NCBI GenBank assembly: GCA_009602735.1
Contig: WELA01000281.1
Span: forward strand, 32,412-86,906
Origin: Mesotaenium endlicherianum
Taxonomy: Eukaryota
DNA: 54,495 bases
Reading direction: 5' to 3'
Shown: one piece after another, positions 24,701 through 36,874 of the stretch
How positions within the stretch are numbered: position 1 is the first letter of the stretch
Layout: the number at the start of each line of letters is the position of its first letter
The notes under the pieces: generated by a model
Databases searched by the model: none
What the model saw: the letters and a program-made list of their open reading frames with translations, nothing else
What the model was told of the DNA's origin: nothing
Position numbers and translations under genes: made by a program

Positions 24701-25480
24701 ATACTCGCCTGATGAAGTTCCAGCTTCCTTTCTGGCCCCGCAGATGCCGCCCCCGCAGCATCGCAAGTCCCCTCCTCCACCTCCTCCCCCTCGCCCTTGC
24801 CCTTGCCCTCGTCCTCCACTGCCATCCCCGCCGCCTCTGGCCCCGCTGCGCCTGCCAGCTGGCGCTCCACATGGCCTGCTGCGTTTCGCGCAAGAGTAAC
24901 TGCAGGTCCCCTCTCGTCCTCCCCTTGCCATTGAGCTCCCCCTTTTCCGAAGACTTCCCCCCCTTCTCCCCGGAGGGCTGCTAGCTCCTCCTCGAGCTCT
25001 GCAACTCTCTCCTCCAGCGCCCTCCTGCTGCTCTCCCGCTCCCTCTCCTTCTGCTTCTCCCTCTCACTCCTCTCCTCCCGCTCCATCCCCTCCTCCCTTT
25101 CCTTCGTCTCCTCCCTCTCCCCCCTCTCCTTACTCATCTTCCTCTCCTCCGCCTCTCCCTCCACCTCCATTGGGGCGGCAGCAGCCGATTCGTCCCTTGC
25201 CGCCTCTGCAGAACACCTGTCGCCCTCTCCTTTTGCGACCGCCAGCACGTCGTTTTCAACCACAGCCGAAGCCTCTGCTGCTGCCACATCATCTCTGGCG
25301 AGATGCTCTCCGCCGCCCGCTGCGCCTGCAGCCGCCATCCGCTCAGGCGGAGACAGCTCAGCGAGCGCAGCTCGCAAGCTGCAGCACAAAGCCTCCAGGC
25401 TGGCGCACTCGTGCTCACGCTGCGCCAGCTGTCCCTTGAGCACGGCTAGCTCTGCCTCCTCCTCCTCTTTCTCCTCCTGA

Positions 25481-25516
<36 letters not shown>

Positions 25517-28116
25517 ACCTCCTCGTCCTCTACCTGCGCATGCACCTCCATTACCTTTTTCTTCTCGGATGTGTCCCTCTCCTCACCCCAATCTGTCTCC
25601 TCCTCCTTCTCCTCCGCCTGCGCCTCCTCCGCTTCCTCCTTGCCCGTCTGCCGCTCTCTCATAACAGCGACTTCCCTCAGGCTTGCAGCCACTTGCTCTG
25701 CGAGCTCTGTGTTTGTGAGCTCCAGCTCAGCAAAGCGGGCCTTTGCCTCTGCCAGCTCTGCAGCAGACGAGCTGACCGCAGCCAGCGCTGACTCCAGTGC
25801 TGACTCAAGGGTTGACTTCTCCAGCTCATGCTGCTGCTGCGCGTCCTGCGCTGACATCAGCGCCGCCCTCAGCTGCACCCAGAAGAAGGAACCACGTGGG
25901 GGGAGGGAGGGAGGGGGGGAAGNNNNNNNNNNNNNNNNNNNNNNNNNNNNNNNNNNNNNNNNNNNNNNNNNNNNNNNNNNNNNNNNNNNNNNNNNNNNNN
26001 NNNNNNNNNNNNNNNNNNNNNNNNNNNNNNNNNNNNNNNNNNNNNNNNNNNNNNNNNNNNNNNNNNNNNNNNNNNNNNNNNNNNNNNNNNNNNNNNNNNN
26101 NNNNNNNNNNNNNNNNNNNNNNNNNNNNNNNNNNNNNNNNNNNNNNNNNNNNNNNNNNNNNNNNNNNNNNNNNNNNNNNNNNNNNNNNNNNNNNNNNNNN
26201 NNNNNNNNNNNNNNNNNNNNNNNNNNNNNNNNNNNNNNNNNNNNNNNNNNNNNNNNNNNNNNNNNNNNNNNNNNNNNNNNNNNNNNNNNNNNNNNNNNNN
26301 NNNNNNNNNNNNNNNNNNNNNNNNNNGGAAGAGGGGGGGGGAAAAGAGGGTGGGGGAAGGGGGTTGAGGGTGTAAGAGTAGGATGCATTTTCGGGTGAAG
26401 TTTCATTTAAGGGTGAGGGTTTGCATCACAGCAAGCTTTTGGTCAGCAGGGCTCATTGAGCACCACGCAGCAGCTAGCGTGCCAGATGTCGCGAGCTCAT
26501 CAACTCTCCAGCTGAGCGCATCAAACAAACGGGCAGGCAAAACAGCACGACGACACGCCCTGCACATTGGAGGGGCAGCACGCGCCAGGTGTCGTTACCT
26601 CGTCAATCTCCTCTTCCGCGCTGGCAGACGCCTTCCGGGCGGCGTCTGCCAGGTCATCAATGTCGCGCTGCATGAACGTCTTCTCGAGCTCCAGCGAATG
26701 CACCTGGACATGCAGGGTGGACGGGTGGATACCCTCAGAAAATCCCGCAAACAAACCCGGTCGTGTTTCCAGTACAGATGCAAAGCGTCGGGTGCAGGAG
26801 CTAGCTTCAGAAAGCCGTTCGCCGTACGCTGGACGTTTGATCCCGATTAGGTTCCAACATAAAGTCTTAGTAACGACACAAGAGTCATTGAACCCATCAT
26901 TCGACCAAAAAGCAGAGCAAAGATTTCTATGGCAGGACCAGCCTGACTGGGGTTCAAGGTGCAAGTTAGTGCAGTAGTTCAGAAAAATAATGTCAGAAAA
27001 ATAGTACATAAGGAAAAACTAATTGAAAAGGGGGTTTCCAAAGATCGGCCGACAGATGGCGCTCACCTGAGCCCTCAGATTTGCCACCAGGGCGTCGATC
27101 GACTCCGGGTCCTTGCTCCCCAGGCTCTTGGACCGCTTGCCCTGCTGGGCGTCGCCAGCTGTCAGCGCGTGGGCCAGGGAGGTGCCGCCTGGTGTCCCGA
27201 GCGAGGTCTCCATGCTGAGCTGGCGGAGCTCATCCTTGAGCTCAGCCACTTCCATCTGTCTCTCCGCCACCTGGCAGCAGATGAAAAGGCCGAGGTACAG
27301 TAGTAGGGGTGAGTTACGTAAAGAAATAAATGATATTGAGTGAAACAATTGTTTCGATAATTTAGAAGAGGGGGCGGGTCGGGGCGGGAGGGGAGGGGGT
27401 GGGACGCGACAGGGGTGTGGCCAAAAATGAAGAAAAATCAAGGTCATGCATAATTTGATGCTTGTTCAAAGCTTGCGGGTTGACATGATAGGCAGGGTTT
27501 GATATCCACATGTTGCACTGCTGCAACAAACACATCATCACACGACTATCACGCGTTAGACACACAAATGGCATGTGTCATTGCTAGCAGCACTGAAGGT
27601 CTCGCACGAATGTGGATGAGCACGAACATAGACAAGTAGTCGTCTTGAGCAGATGCCCCCCTGCGAGTCCGGAGCATGTGTGATGCGATTTCAGCGTCAC
27701 GTTTTAACGTCAGAGTCAGATTGTGACCAGGTGCGGAGCACGGAGGCAGGGAGCTCGGGGGGGGGAGGGGAGGGGGAGGGGCACCTGGACGGCAAGTTGG
27801 TGCTGAACTTTCTCCTGCTGATGACTCATCTCTGCCAGCTGCTGTTCGAGCTGCCACGTGCACCCACAATCCACAGCATGCAACAAAGAAGCGGGTGAGG
27901 GGACCGTGATCTTTGCGGCCACGACGGCAGCAACAACAATGATGATGATGGCGATGATGATGATGATAATGATGATGGTGGTGAGGGTGAAGGTGATGAT
28001 GATAAAGAAATTGCTGACATCCGGGGAGGCTTACGAGCATTGACGTTGATAATGATGATGATGATGATGATGCCATAATGACTCGAATGGAAGAAGGGGG
28101 GGGGGGGGGGGGGGGN

Positions 28117-28157
<41 letters not shown>

Positions 28158-31100
28158 GGGGGTACCCGCGCATTATCAGCAGCCAGCAAGGCGCTATTGA
28201 TGCTCCCCCTCCTTGCTTGCGCCACCTGGGGGCTTCTTGCAATGCCAACTGGCGCTGTGGCCCCTGTGCGCTCTTTCTCGCTCCCGCCAAACGAGATTTT
28301 CTTCCTGCCCCCCGCCCCCCCCAAGCTCGTCTTTGCCCTACTGCTGCTGCTGCTGCTCCCGAAGAGGGGCGTCGTGGCGCCGCCACCTGTCGACTTGGAG
28401 GCCGACCGTCCGGCGAGCCTCGGGCGGCTGCCGCCCGGCGTCCTTGTCGGGGTCGCTCCTGCACCTGTCGTCGTGGAGGTGCCACCTGGCGTCGTGGCAC
28501 CACTCGGCACCGCGGTGCCGCCACCTGGCACCGTTACTCTCGTCTTCTTGTGATTGGCCGAGCCCTCCTCCCTCTCCCTCCTCTTCTGAGCAGATGCAGA
28601 AGCAGAGGCGGCTGCAGGGGCCAGGGCTGCTGGCCCCTTGCCACCTAGCGCCGTGCTGGCACCCAGACCGGCGCCAGCAGGCGCCGCTGCCGCAGCTGCT
28701 GTCGAGGTGACAGGTGTCACCTGTCGAGGTGACAGGTGAGTCAGCGCGGCGGCAGCAGCAGGCTCCTGCTCCCCTTCCTCCAGCAAGGACTCGAAGGCCG
28801 GCGGGAGGGGGCAGTGTCGACTCCTCTTGGCGGACATGGCTTGAAAGGAGGGGGTGTTGAAGAGAGAGGACGAGTGCGGCTGCAGCGGCTGCTGGCCAAC
28901 TTCTCTCAGAGGAGGTCTCTGACTCTCCTGCGCCCACGCGCGCTCGCACGCACGCACGCATGTTCAAAAGCAACGAGAGCGTATGTCAGTTGGGAAAACT
29001 TCCAGTAGCCGTCTGGCATGCATGAGTGCACACCACCCTCCCAGCTTGAACTCAGTCCCCCTCCTGCGGGTCGCGTGAGAGCGTGCATCAATGGTTGGGC
29101 GAGCTTCGCGTACACTTGTCATGCTCTGATGTGTGTCAGCAACAGCCACTCAGGCCCACACTGACTCTCACGCGCACACTCGTGCGCGTGCAGATACGCA
29201 CGCGCGCTTGAGGGCAGCGAGATACGAGAGAGAAAGAGAGTAGATAGCGGCACATTCTCTTGCATGCACTCACGTGCGTTCAACGGCTCACACCACACAA
29301 GAATAACACTCTCTCTCTGGGGGTTGTCCATAACCTTATGCACATGTGAGTACACCTAGAAGGGCTCATTTATGAAAGAATTCATTCTCTCAGTCAGACG
29401 AGAGTGTTAAAGAAGCTGGAAAGAAAGGCAGAGCTAGTCTATACTTCTGTCAGCATTGGCTTCAATGTCTGCTCTACTAAGAGACATCAAGCATCGTACC
29501 ACATATAGGTATCCCTACAACATGTAACCTAGACCCAGTACATGCAGGAAACCCTAATATATACAATTTTAATCCTTATAGATACAATTCAAATCCCTGT
29601 ACACACAGGAAAGCTTTAAAAGAGGCGAGGCGAGGAGGGGAAGACAAGATCCAGGACCAAAGGAGAGAGGATGGAGGGGGATTGAGAGGAGAGAGGAGAT
29701 GGAGAGGACGGAGAGGGTAGAGAGAACAGAAAGAACAAAGATGATGCGGAGAAAGGAGAGGATAGAGACATCGGAGACAATAGAGAGCATGGAGAGGCGA
29801 GAGACGGAGGAGAGAGGGCGTAACGGGTGGAGAGGATGGAGAGGGGAGAGAAAATTCTCACAAATGCGTTAGGCAGCTGCTGGATGCGTGGACACCACGT
29901 CTCTCTGCGGTGCACCTGCGCAATGGCGCAACTCTCCCCCCCGAGCAGAGTGAGCCCTTGTCAATCATATGCTTCTCATCACTTCAGTGGTTTCTCTCTT
30001 TGCGGAGCACCTGCGCCTGCCTGCAGCAGAATAACCCGCCGCGGCGTGAGGCTTCCTCAAACGTTGTGTGTGTGACTGCTTGCCAATCTGTTCGGTCCTG
30101 TGGTCCTCCGGTTTTCTGTCACTCTCATGTTCTGGAACTGCAGAAACAAACTTCAACATGCCGCGAGCCGCATATCTCAAAGAGCATGCATGCAAGCATG
30201 CATGCACGTAAATCACGCAGGCAAAGCAATGAAGATGATTGTGTGTCCCTACTGTAAGCGCGGCTCGTGCGCGTGCGCGCGCACCCATGCACGTTGATTT
30301 CCCGGGGAAAAGCTTCTCAAGGCGCTAGTCGCTCATCCCCAAAGCGCCTGCAAGTCTGTGCGCATGAACGCGCGCGTTGATTCCCTCATGCAAGCACGCA
30401 CGCACGCATGCGCACGCGCACGCACACGCACGCACTTGGGCACATACGTCGATCCCACTTGGGGGGGGGGGGGGGGGGGGGNNNNNNNNNNNNNNNGGGG
30501 GGGGGGGGGGGGGGGAGAGGGTGGGTAACCTTCTTGAGGCGCTTGTCATCGCGGTCGTCGACGGCGGAGTTGATGACCATGGTGCTCAGGTTCTCGATCT
30601 TCTGCTCCTGTTCCTTGATGCGGCGCTCGCGCTCCGCCTGCGCCGCGCGCTCCTCCTGCAGCTCCAGCGCCATCATCTCCCTCTCCAGCTCTATCTGCAC
30701 GTGACGGAGGTGTGAGGTATACGTGTGCACATGTAAGTAAGTTCGATAGTATGCCAACGCTTGTTAGGATGTCTGTGAGAGCTGGAGGTGTGAGATATAC
30801 GTGTGCACACGTGAGTATGTCTGTGCGAGTATGTCTGTTAACGTCTGTTAGCATGGCAACGGATATCCGTATTGGACGTCAGAATGGGGACATCAGAATA
30901 TCAGTTGTTGCCAGACCAGGCTATCAACTCTATTTTTTTAGCGCAACTTTTTGTGCGAAAGGAAGCAGACGTCTTCATGCGCAGTTGTGTGACAGTGTCG
31001 CCCGAGGAGAACGTGTTCAACTGCACCTACATACACGCAGTTACAGATCCATATACCTACTGAAAACATGCTACATGGTTTTATGAAAATGTCTATAAAG

Positions 31101-33314
31101 ATAGAAAAGAATAATGTCAAGAGCCTTTGCCGCTTGCAGCCCCTGCCACGATCTCATCAGGAGGGCCATCCTGGAAAGTTTGTGTGCAAGAGAGAAGCGT
31201 GGCCATAGGAGGATTGTGCACCATCAAGAACAACAACAACATCAGGCGTGCGCAGCAGGGCTCCCCTCGATAATGTAAGCGCTAAAGATGGGCTGCTGCC
31301 GTCGATATATAAGGAACCCAAAAGGGAGGATGAAGAGGCCCATTGACTGAGGCAGGGGGGGCAGTCTTCACGGGGGGGAGGGGGGGGGGGNNNNNNNNNN
31401 NNNNNNNNNNNNNNNNGGGGGGGGGAGGAGGGGGGTTGGATCTTCTGAATTAGGGCTTGGTTTGGGACTTGGGTGAGGCTGAAGCAGCCGCACGAGGGGC
31501 AGAAGTCTGTGGGGGGAGAACACTAGGGTTTGGCTGACAGGAATAGAGTGGAACGACTAGGGTCTAGCAAAGGGTCTATTGAAGACGACTAGGGTGAACG
31601 TGTTTAGGGTTTGTCTGGAAATAGCAGTATGAAGATTAGGGTTCAGCTGAGAGGGACGAGGGATGAGAATCAGAAGATTGAGGAGGAGGGTTTAGGGCTC
31701 ATCTGAGGGCGTACCGCAAGAAGGGCGTTACGGAGGCTCAGAATCTCTTCCTCCAGATGCGGCGAGTGGGAGAACTGCCAGGTGGCAAGCAGGCAGGAAG
31801 GGCAGGCAGGCAGGCAGGCGGGGGAGGACACAGCGGGCAGGGGTTGAGTTTTTAAGGCGTAGCGCACATCAAAATATCTAAAACCGCGGATTTATTATGA
31901 CATTCAGGTATTTTATCTTGTAAGTAGAAGCCCTAAACAGCCCCGCAAGTGTAAAAGACGGGGACCAACTGGAACACATGCAAAGGGTGGGAAAAAGAGT
32001 ACACGTCGCGCCGTGCAAGAGATGCACATGGCAAACATGCCACTCTGGAGTCTGCGCATGGTACACATGGCGCCATGCAAAAGATGCATGCAAAAAAATG
32101 TCTCTCTGATTTTGCAAATAGTCTCGGCCTTCTGCAACGTTCTCTTGGGAAGGAGGGGGGCCATGAAGAGTGGGGATAGCGTTCGGAGCCAAGCTTTCAA
32201 CAGAACACAGTTTTAGAAAATCAAGAAATTACAGTTCTAGAACTTCAAAACGTTGAGGCTGTGCAATTTGTCAACTCCACAACTCCAGAACTTTTAGCTT
32301 CAGAGCCTCATGAGAGTAGAAACTTAGAGAACTTCTGAGAATGTCAAAACACTAGAGTTTCAAAATTTCAGGACTTCAGAACCTCAAAACGACAGAACTT
32401 TGACAATTTCGGAAGTTCAAAAGTTCAGAAATTCAGACAGTCGAAAACTCCAGCTCCTACTACGTGTAAGAGAGTCTGGAGTCACACTCGAAGGTCTTAA
32501 GGAGTTACTGATTTTCTCTCGAGCTTACCTGCAGCTTCTGGCGAAGCTCCTCAATTTCGTTCTTCTGCCTCTTCAGCAGCGCCGCATCAGTCATCACCTG
32601 TTTGAGAACAAGAAGGAGGGGGAGGAAGGCGGAAAGGGGGTGAGGCGGGGGNGAGGGGGAAAGGGGAGGGTTTTTTTTGGGGGGGGGAGGGTGGCATGAG
32701 AAGAGGGGAGGAAGAAGGAGAGGGATTAAAGAAGAATGAGAGGAGAAGAATGGGGGGCCTACAGAGCTACTAGCACGACAGCGTGTGTCCCAAAAATAGT
32801 ATTCACTATCTGAATACGCTGAGAGAAGAGGCCATCTAATTGTACCAAGCATAGGGAAAACAACCCCTAAGCGACCATCCTAGGACCCAACCCTCAACTC
32901 TCGTGGCATGCAGGCCTTGGAAGAGCTTGCTGTTACCTCCTGCCTTTCAGATTCGAGTTCTTCTTATCTTCTTTGCATGCACTTGGAGCAGAAGCGGAGG
33001 AGCCCAGGAGGGAAGATCTCAACAGATGCAACAGAAGGGCGATGCCCCCAGGATCAACATGCGGGTTCCGACGATGCGGGTTTCAACTCTAAATATAACT
33101 CTCAAGAACATTGGACATCGGAAATCGGAAATCGGACATCAAACATCGGACATCGGACATCGGACATGGCAAAGTCATCAGACATCGGCAGACCCCTCCT
33201 CGCTATGAGAAATGGTGTTCACCGCAAACAGAGTCACACAGCATTGAGTGTCAGGCAGACTGCAGACAGACTGGCAAGCAGGCAGGCAGAAAGGCAGGCA
33301 GACGGGCAGGTGGG

Positions 33315-33346
<32 letters not shown>

Positions 33347-35023
33347 TGAGAGAGAAGTTATGATTGAGTGCGTGGATGGGTTGGTGGGTGGGTGGGTGGG
33401 TGGGTGGATGGACTAATAGGGTGGGGGTAACCAGCGCCTCTCTGGGCGGGGAAAATGGCATATTTGTGGTTAGTTGTAAATTTTAGAGAAGTACAACATG
33501 GGGCTCAGTCTTAGGGTGTGGATACACGGGGCGTGCAGATGCAACAGCACCCACCTCGTTGACTTGGGCGCAATTAGTGACGCGCTTGGCTCGGCTGGCA
33601 AACTGCAGCGTGCCCCGCGTCTCGTCCGTGTGGACCTGCGCAGGTGTCACAGACATGAGGGAGTGCAATGAGACTGGTTAGTGCGGGCCCTTTGCCTCGT
33701 CCACCTGCAAGTGTCACAGCATGGAGAGGGAGTGCAGTCAGACTGGTGCATGCCCCGCTCTTCGTCCCCGTGAATCTGTGCGGGATGTGTGTCGTTAAAA
33801 GGAGGGAGCCCGGGGAGACTGGTGTGCTTGCCAATGTCGCAAAAGAGTGAGGGTCTGACGGGGAGGGAATGAGCTTATAGAGGGCCACGTGCCAGATTCT
33901 TCTATTTTGTATCGTAATGTGATTTGTGGCATAGAGTAAGGTTAGTGTCTTAGAACCACTCGCGTCTGCAGCATGAAATTCACAGACTGCATATGTAGAC
34001 AAAACACACACTCTTGCACACACACATACGCAAACACATATACACACACAAGCACACACAGACCCGCACGCCCACCCACTGGCACTTGCCCCCTTAACTG
34101 AATTACATGTGTGTGTCTGTGTGTGTGTGTGTTTGTGGGTGGTGCAGATGTAAATGTCTGCTCAAGGGCGACCAGATGTCCTGTTTACATATCGAGCTGC
34201 CCACTGGTGCCAAGTGTTACTAAAAAATAAGGCCACTTGATAGTGGACTATTATGGGATAGTCGTAAGAATACAATAAGATTTCATAAGGTGTTGACCAT
34301 TATAGTAAGACATGAGATGCACGGCTAAGATTTCCGCTCATGCTCATGCTCGGGATTTATGATGAGTGCTAGGAGTCCTCAGCGGCATTGAAAGGCGTTT
34401 AAATTAAGTTCAATTATATTTCTTCTTCCACTTCCGAAAGGGAGGGATTTGTGAGTAAGCAGCTGAAAAGGCAACACCTCCCTCTCGAGCGTAAGATCCG
34501 CGCATATGGCACCGCTTTGGAAGTACCATAATTTTCAAGAATGCCATGCATGCCATGGAGGGCCGACGAGTCAAACGGGGCGAGGAGTCTCCATGAGCGA
34601 CAGGGAAGACAAAACCTACGCTGCCATTTTCATACGCAACTCGCAACTTTTGCGCATTCTGAACTCAACAAACGCAAGGTCCTCCAAGAGATCCATCCTC
34701 TCTCCTGATGTCTGCATCAAGCACCATGGAAATTCGAGTGAAGGTTGCATCAAGTACCATGGCAGGTGTCACGTTGCAGATGATGGCGGTCTTTGCGTTG
34801 CCACCCAGAGCCGACTGTAGAATCCGCGTCAGCTTGCTGTCCCTGTATGGAATGTGGCCCCTGTTCACACACAATTTTGGGTTGAGTAACTTGTAGTCAG
34901 CATGGGATGTACTTCTTACACATAAAAAACTGTGAGATGTGTACTTACACACACGCAGAGAGGCATGCAATGAGTGCCCAGTACACACATATAGATGCTT
35001 ACGCACATCCACAGAATGTTACT

Positions 35024-35112
<89 letters not shown>

Positions 35113-35195
35113 AAGAGCGANNNNNNNNNNNNNNNNNNNNNNNNNNNNNNNNNNNNNNNNNNNNNNNNNNNNNNNNNNNNNNNNNNNNNNNNNNN

Positions 35196-35246
<51 letters not shown>

Positions 35247-35545
35247 GGATTTCATCTCCTCACCGCATGCAGCAACCTGCGTCTTACTGACTGATGTGGA
35301 CAGGAGGCTATGTTCCTATCCCGCCAGTATTGTGCAGCATCTGGGATCTCCAATAGACCTAGTGTGGGGCCTGGCTCTCTCTCACCCGTTGCGCTCGGTG
35401 CCCTCGCTGAGCTTGTTGATGACAGTGCCGAGTGTCATCAAGCTCTTGTTGATGTGCGTGCCCTCCTTGAGGCGCGCTCCCTCCGCGCCCGTCTTGGCCA
35501 CTCGCTCCGATCCCGCCAGGTCCACCAGGTTCTGTTCGCACACAC

Positions 35546-35580
<35 letters not shown>

Positions 35581-36833
35581 TGATGAAAGTATGAAGACAA
35601 GTGCGAACATATGATAGAATCGTGATAGAAGTATGGATACAAATACGATGAGAGTAAAATTGTACTTGAAAATATATCATGCAAGCATGATGATAACGGT
35701 AGCACAAGTGCGAGTACCAGACTGCAGAGACTCAAACAAAGGCAGCAAAGAGCAAGGGTGAAGATATCCACGGCTGGGTGGATGCTCACGAGGGTGCTCG
35801 CGCAAGTACTGATACATTTCTTTGGAGATTCCTACTGGTACAACTCAAACAGGGGCAGCAGCAGGAGCAAGCACGAAGTGAAGTCAACGGCCGGATGCTC
35901 ACGAGGGTGGACACGCGGACGGCGTCGATGCCTTGATCGATTCCGCCGTCGCCGTCCTGGCTCTTGTCCCGACTTTCTATCACCTGGCCAATCACAGCAC
36001 AGTACGGCTCACACAACAGACACAGCACAGCACAGCACAGCACAGCAAAGCGAAGCACAGCACCGCGCAGCGCAGCACAGGAGAGTCAGCACAGCATAGT
36101 ACAGCACAATACAGTACAGTACAGCATAGCACAAGTCAGCGCAGGACAGCACAGGACAGCACAGCACAGGGCAGCACAGGAGAGCATAGGTCAGTGCAGC
36201 GCTGCACAGCACAGCACAGCAAAGTGCTGGACAGGTCAGGACAGCAGGGTACGCGCACGACGACGGCGGGCATGTCACTCGACCAACCATGGCACGGCGC
36301 GGCACACGCACGACAGGCATGTCAACACAAAGCCAACCAATCAGAGCACGGCACAAGCACGACAAGTGTATCCCCTGACCAATAAGGAGAGCGGTAGCAC
36401 AGCAGAAGAGTCACTTGACATATTGGGAAGCGGCAGCTCAGCAGATGGAAAGGGCACACGCACAGAGGGAGGAAGAGAGAGAGTGGGGGCGAGAGGGAGG
36501 GGGTGGGGGGGGGGAGTGCTTGTGTACCATGCGGAAGATGGTGTGAGAGCGGCTGCTGTACTCGTTCATGTTGGTCTTGCCCACGTGCCGGTGGGCTGCG
36601 TCCCACACAAAGACAAGGGTGCGGCAGATGGTGAGCCCACAGTCGACAGAAGAACGAAAACGAGGGGCAAATGAGTAAGCCAGGATGAGTGCGAGCGCAA
36701 TCGCTGACAAGAGATTTATAATATTTGTTCTATTACAACTGTGCCACAGATGGTGTGCCTCTCACCTTCGCCCACCTCCGTGACCGTGCTCAACTCGTAG
36801 TCTAAGTTTATTTTAAGCTGTGTCATGTACATA

Positions 36834-36874
<41 letters not shown>

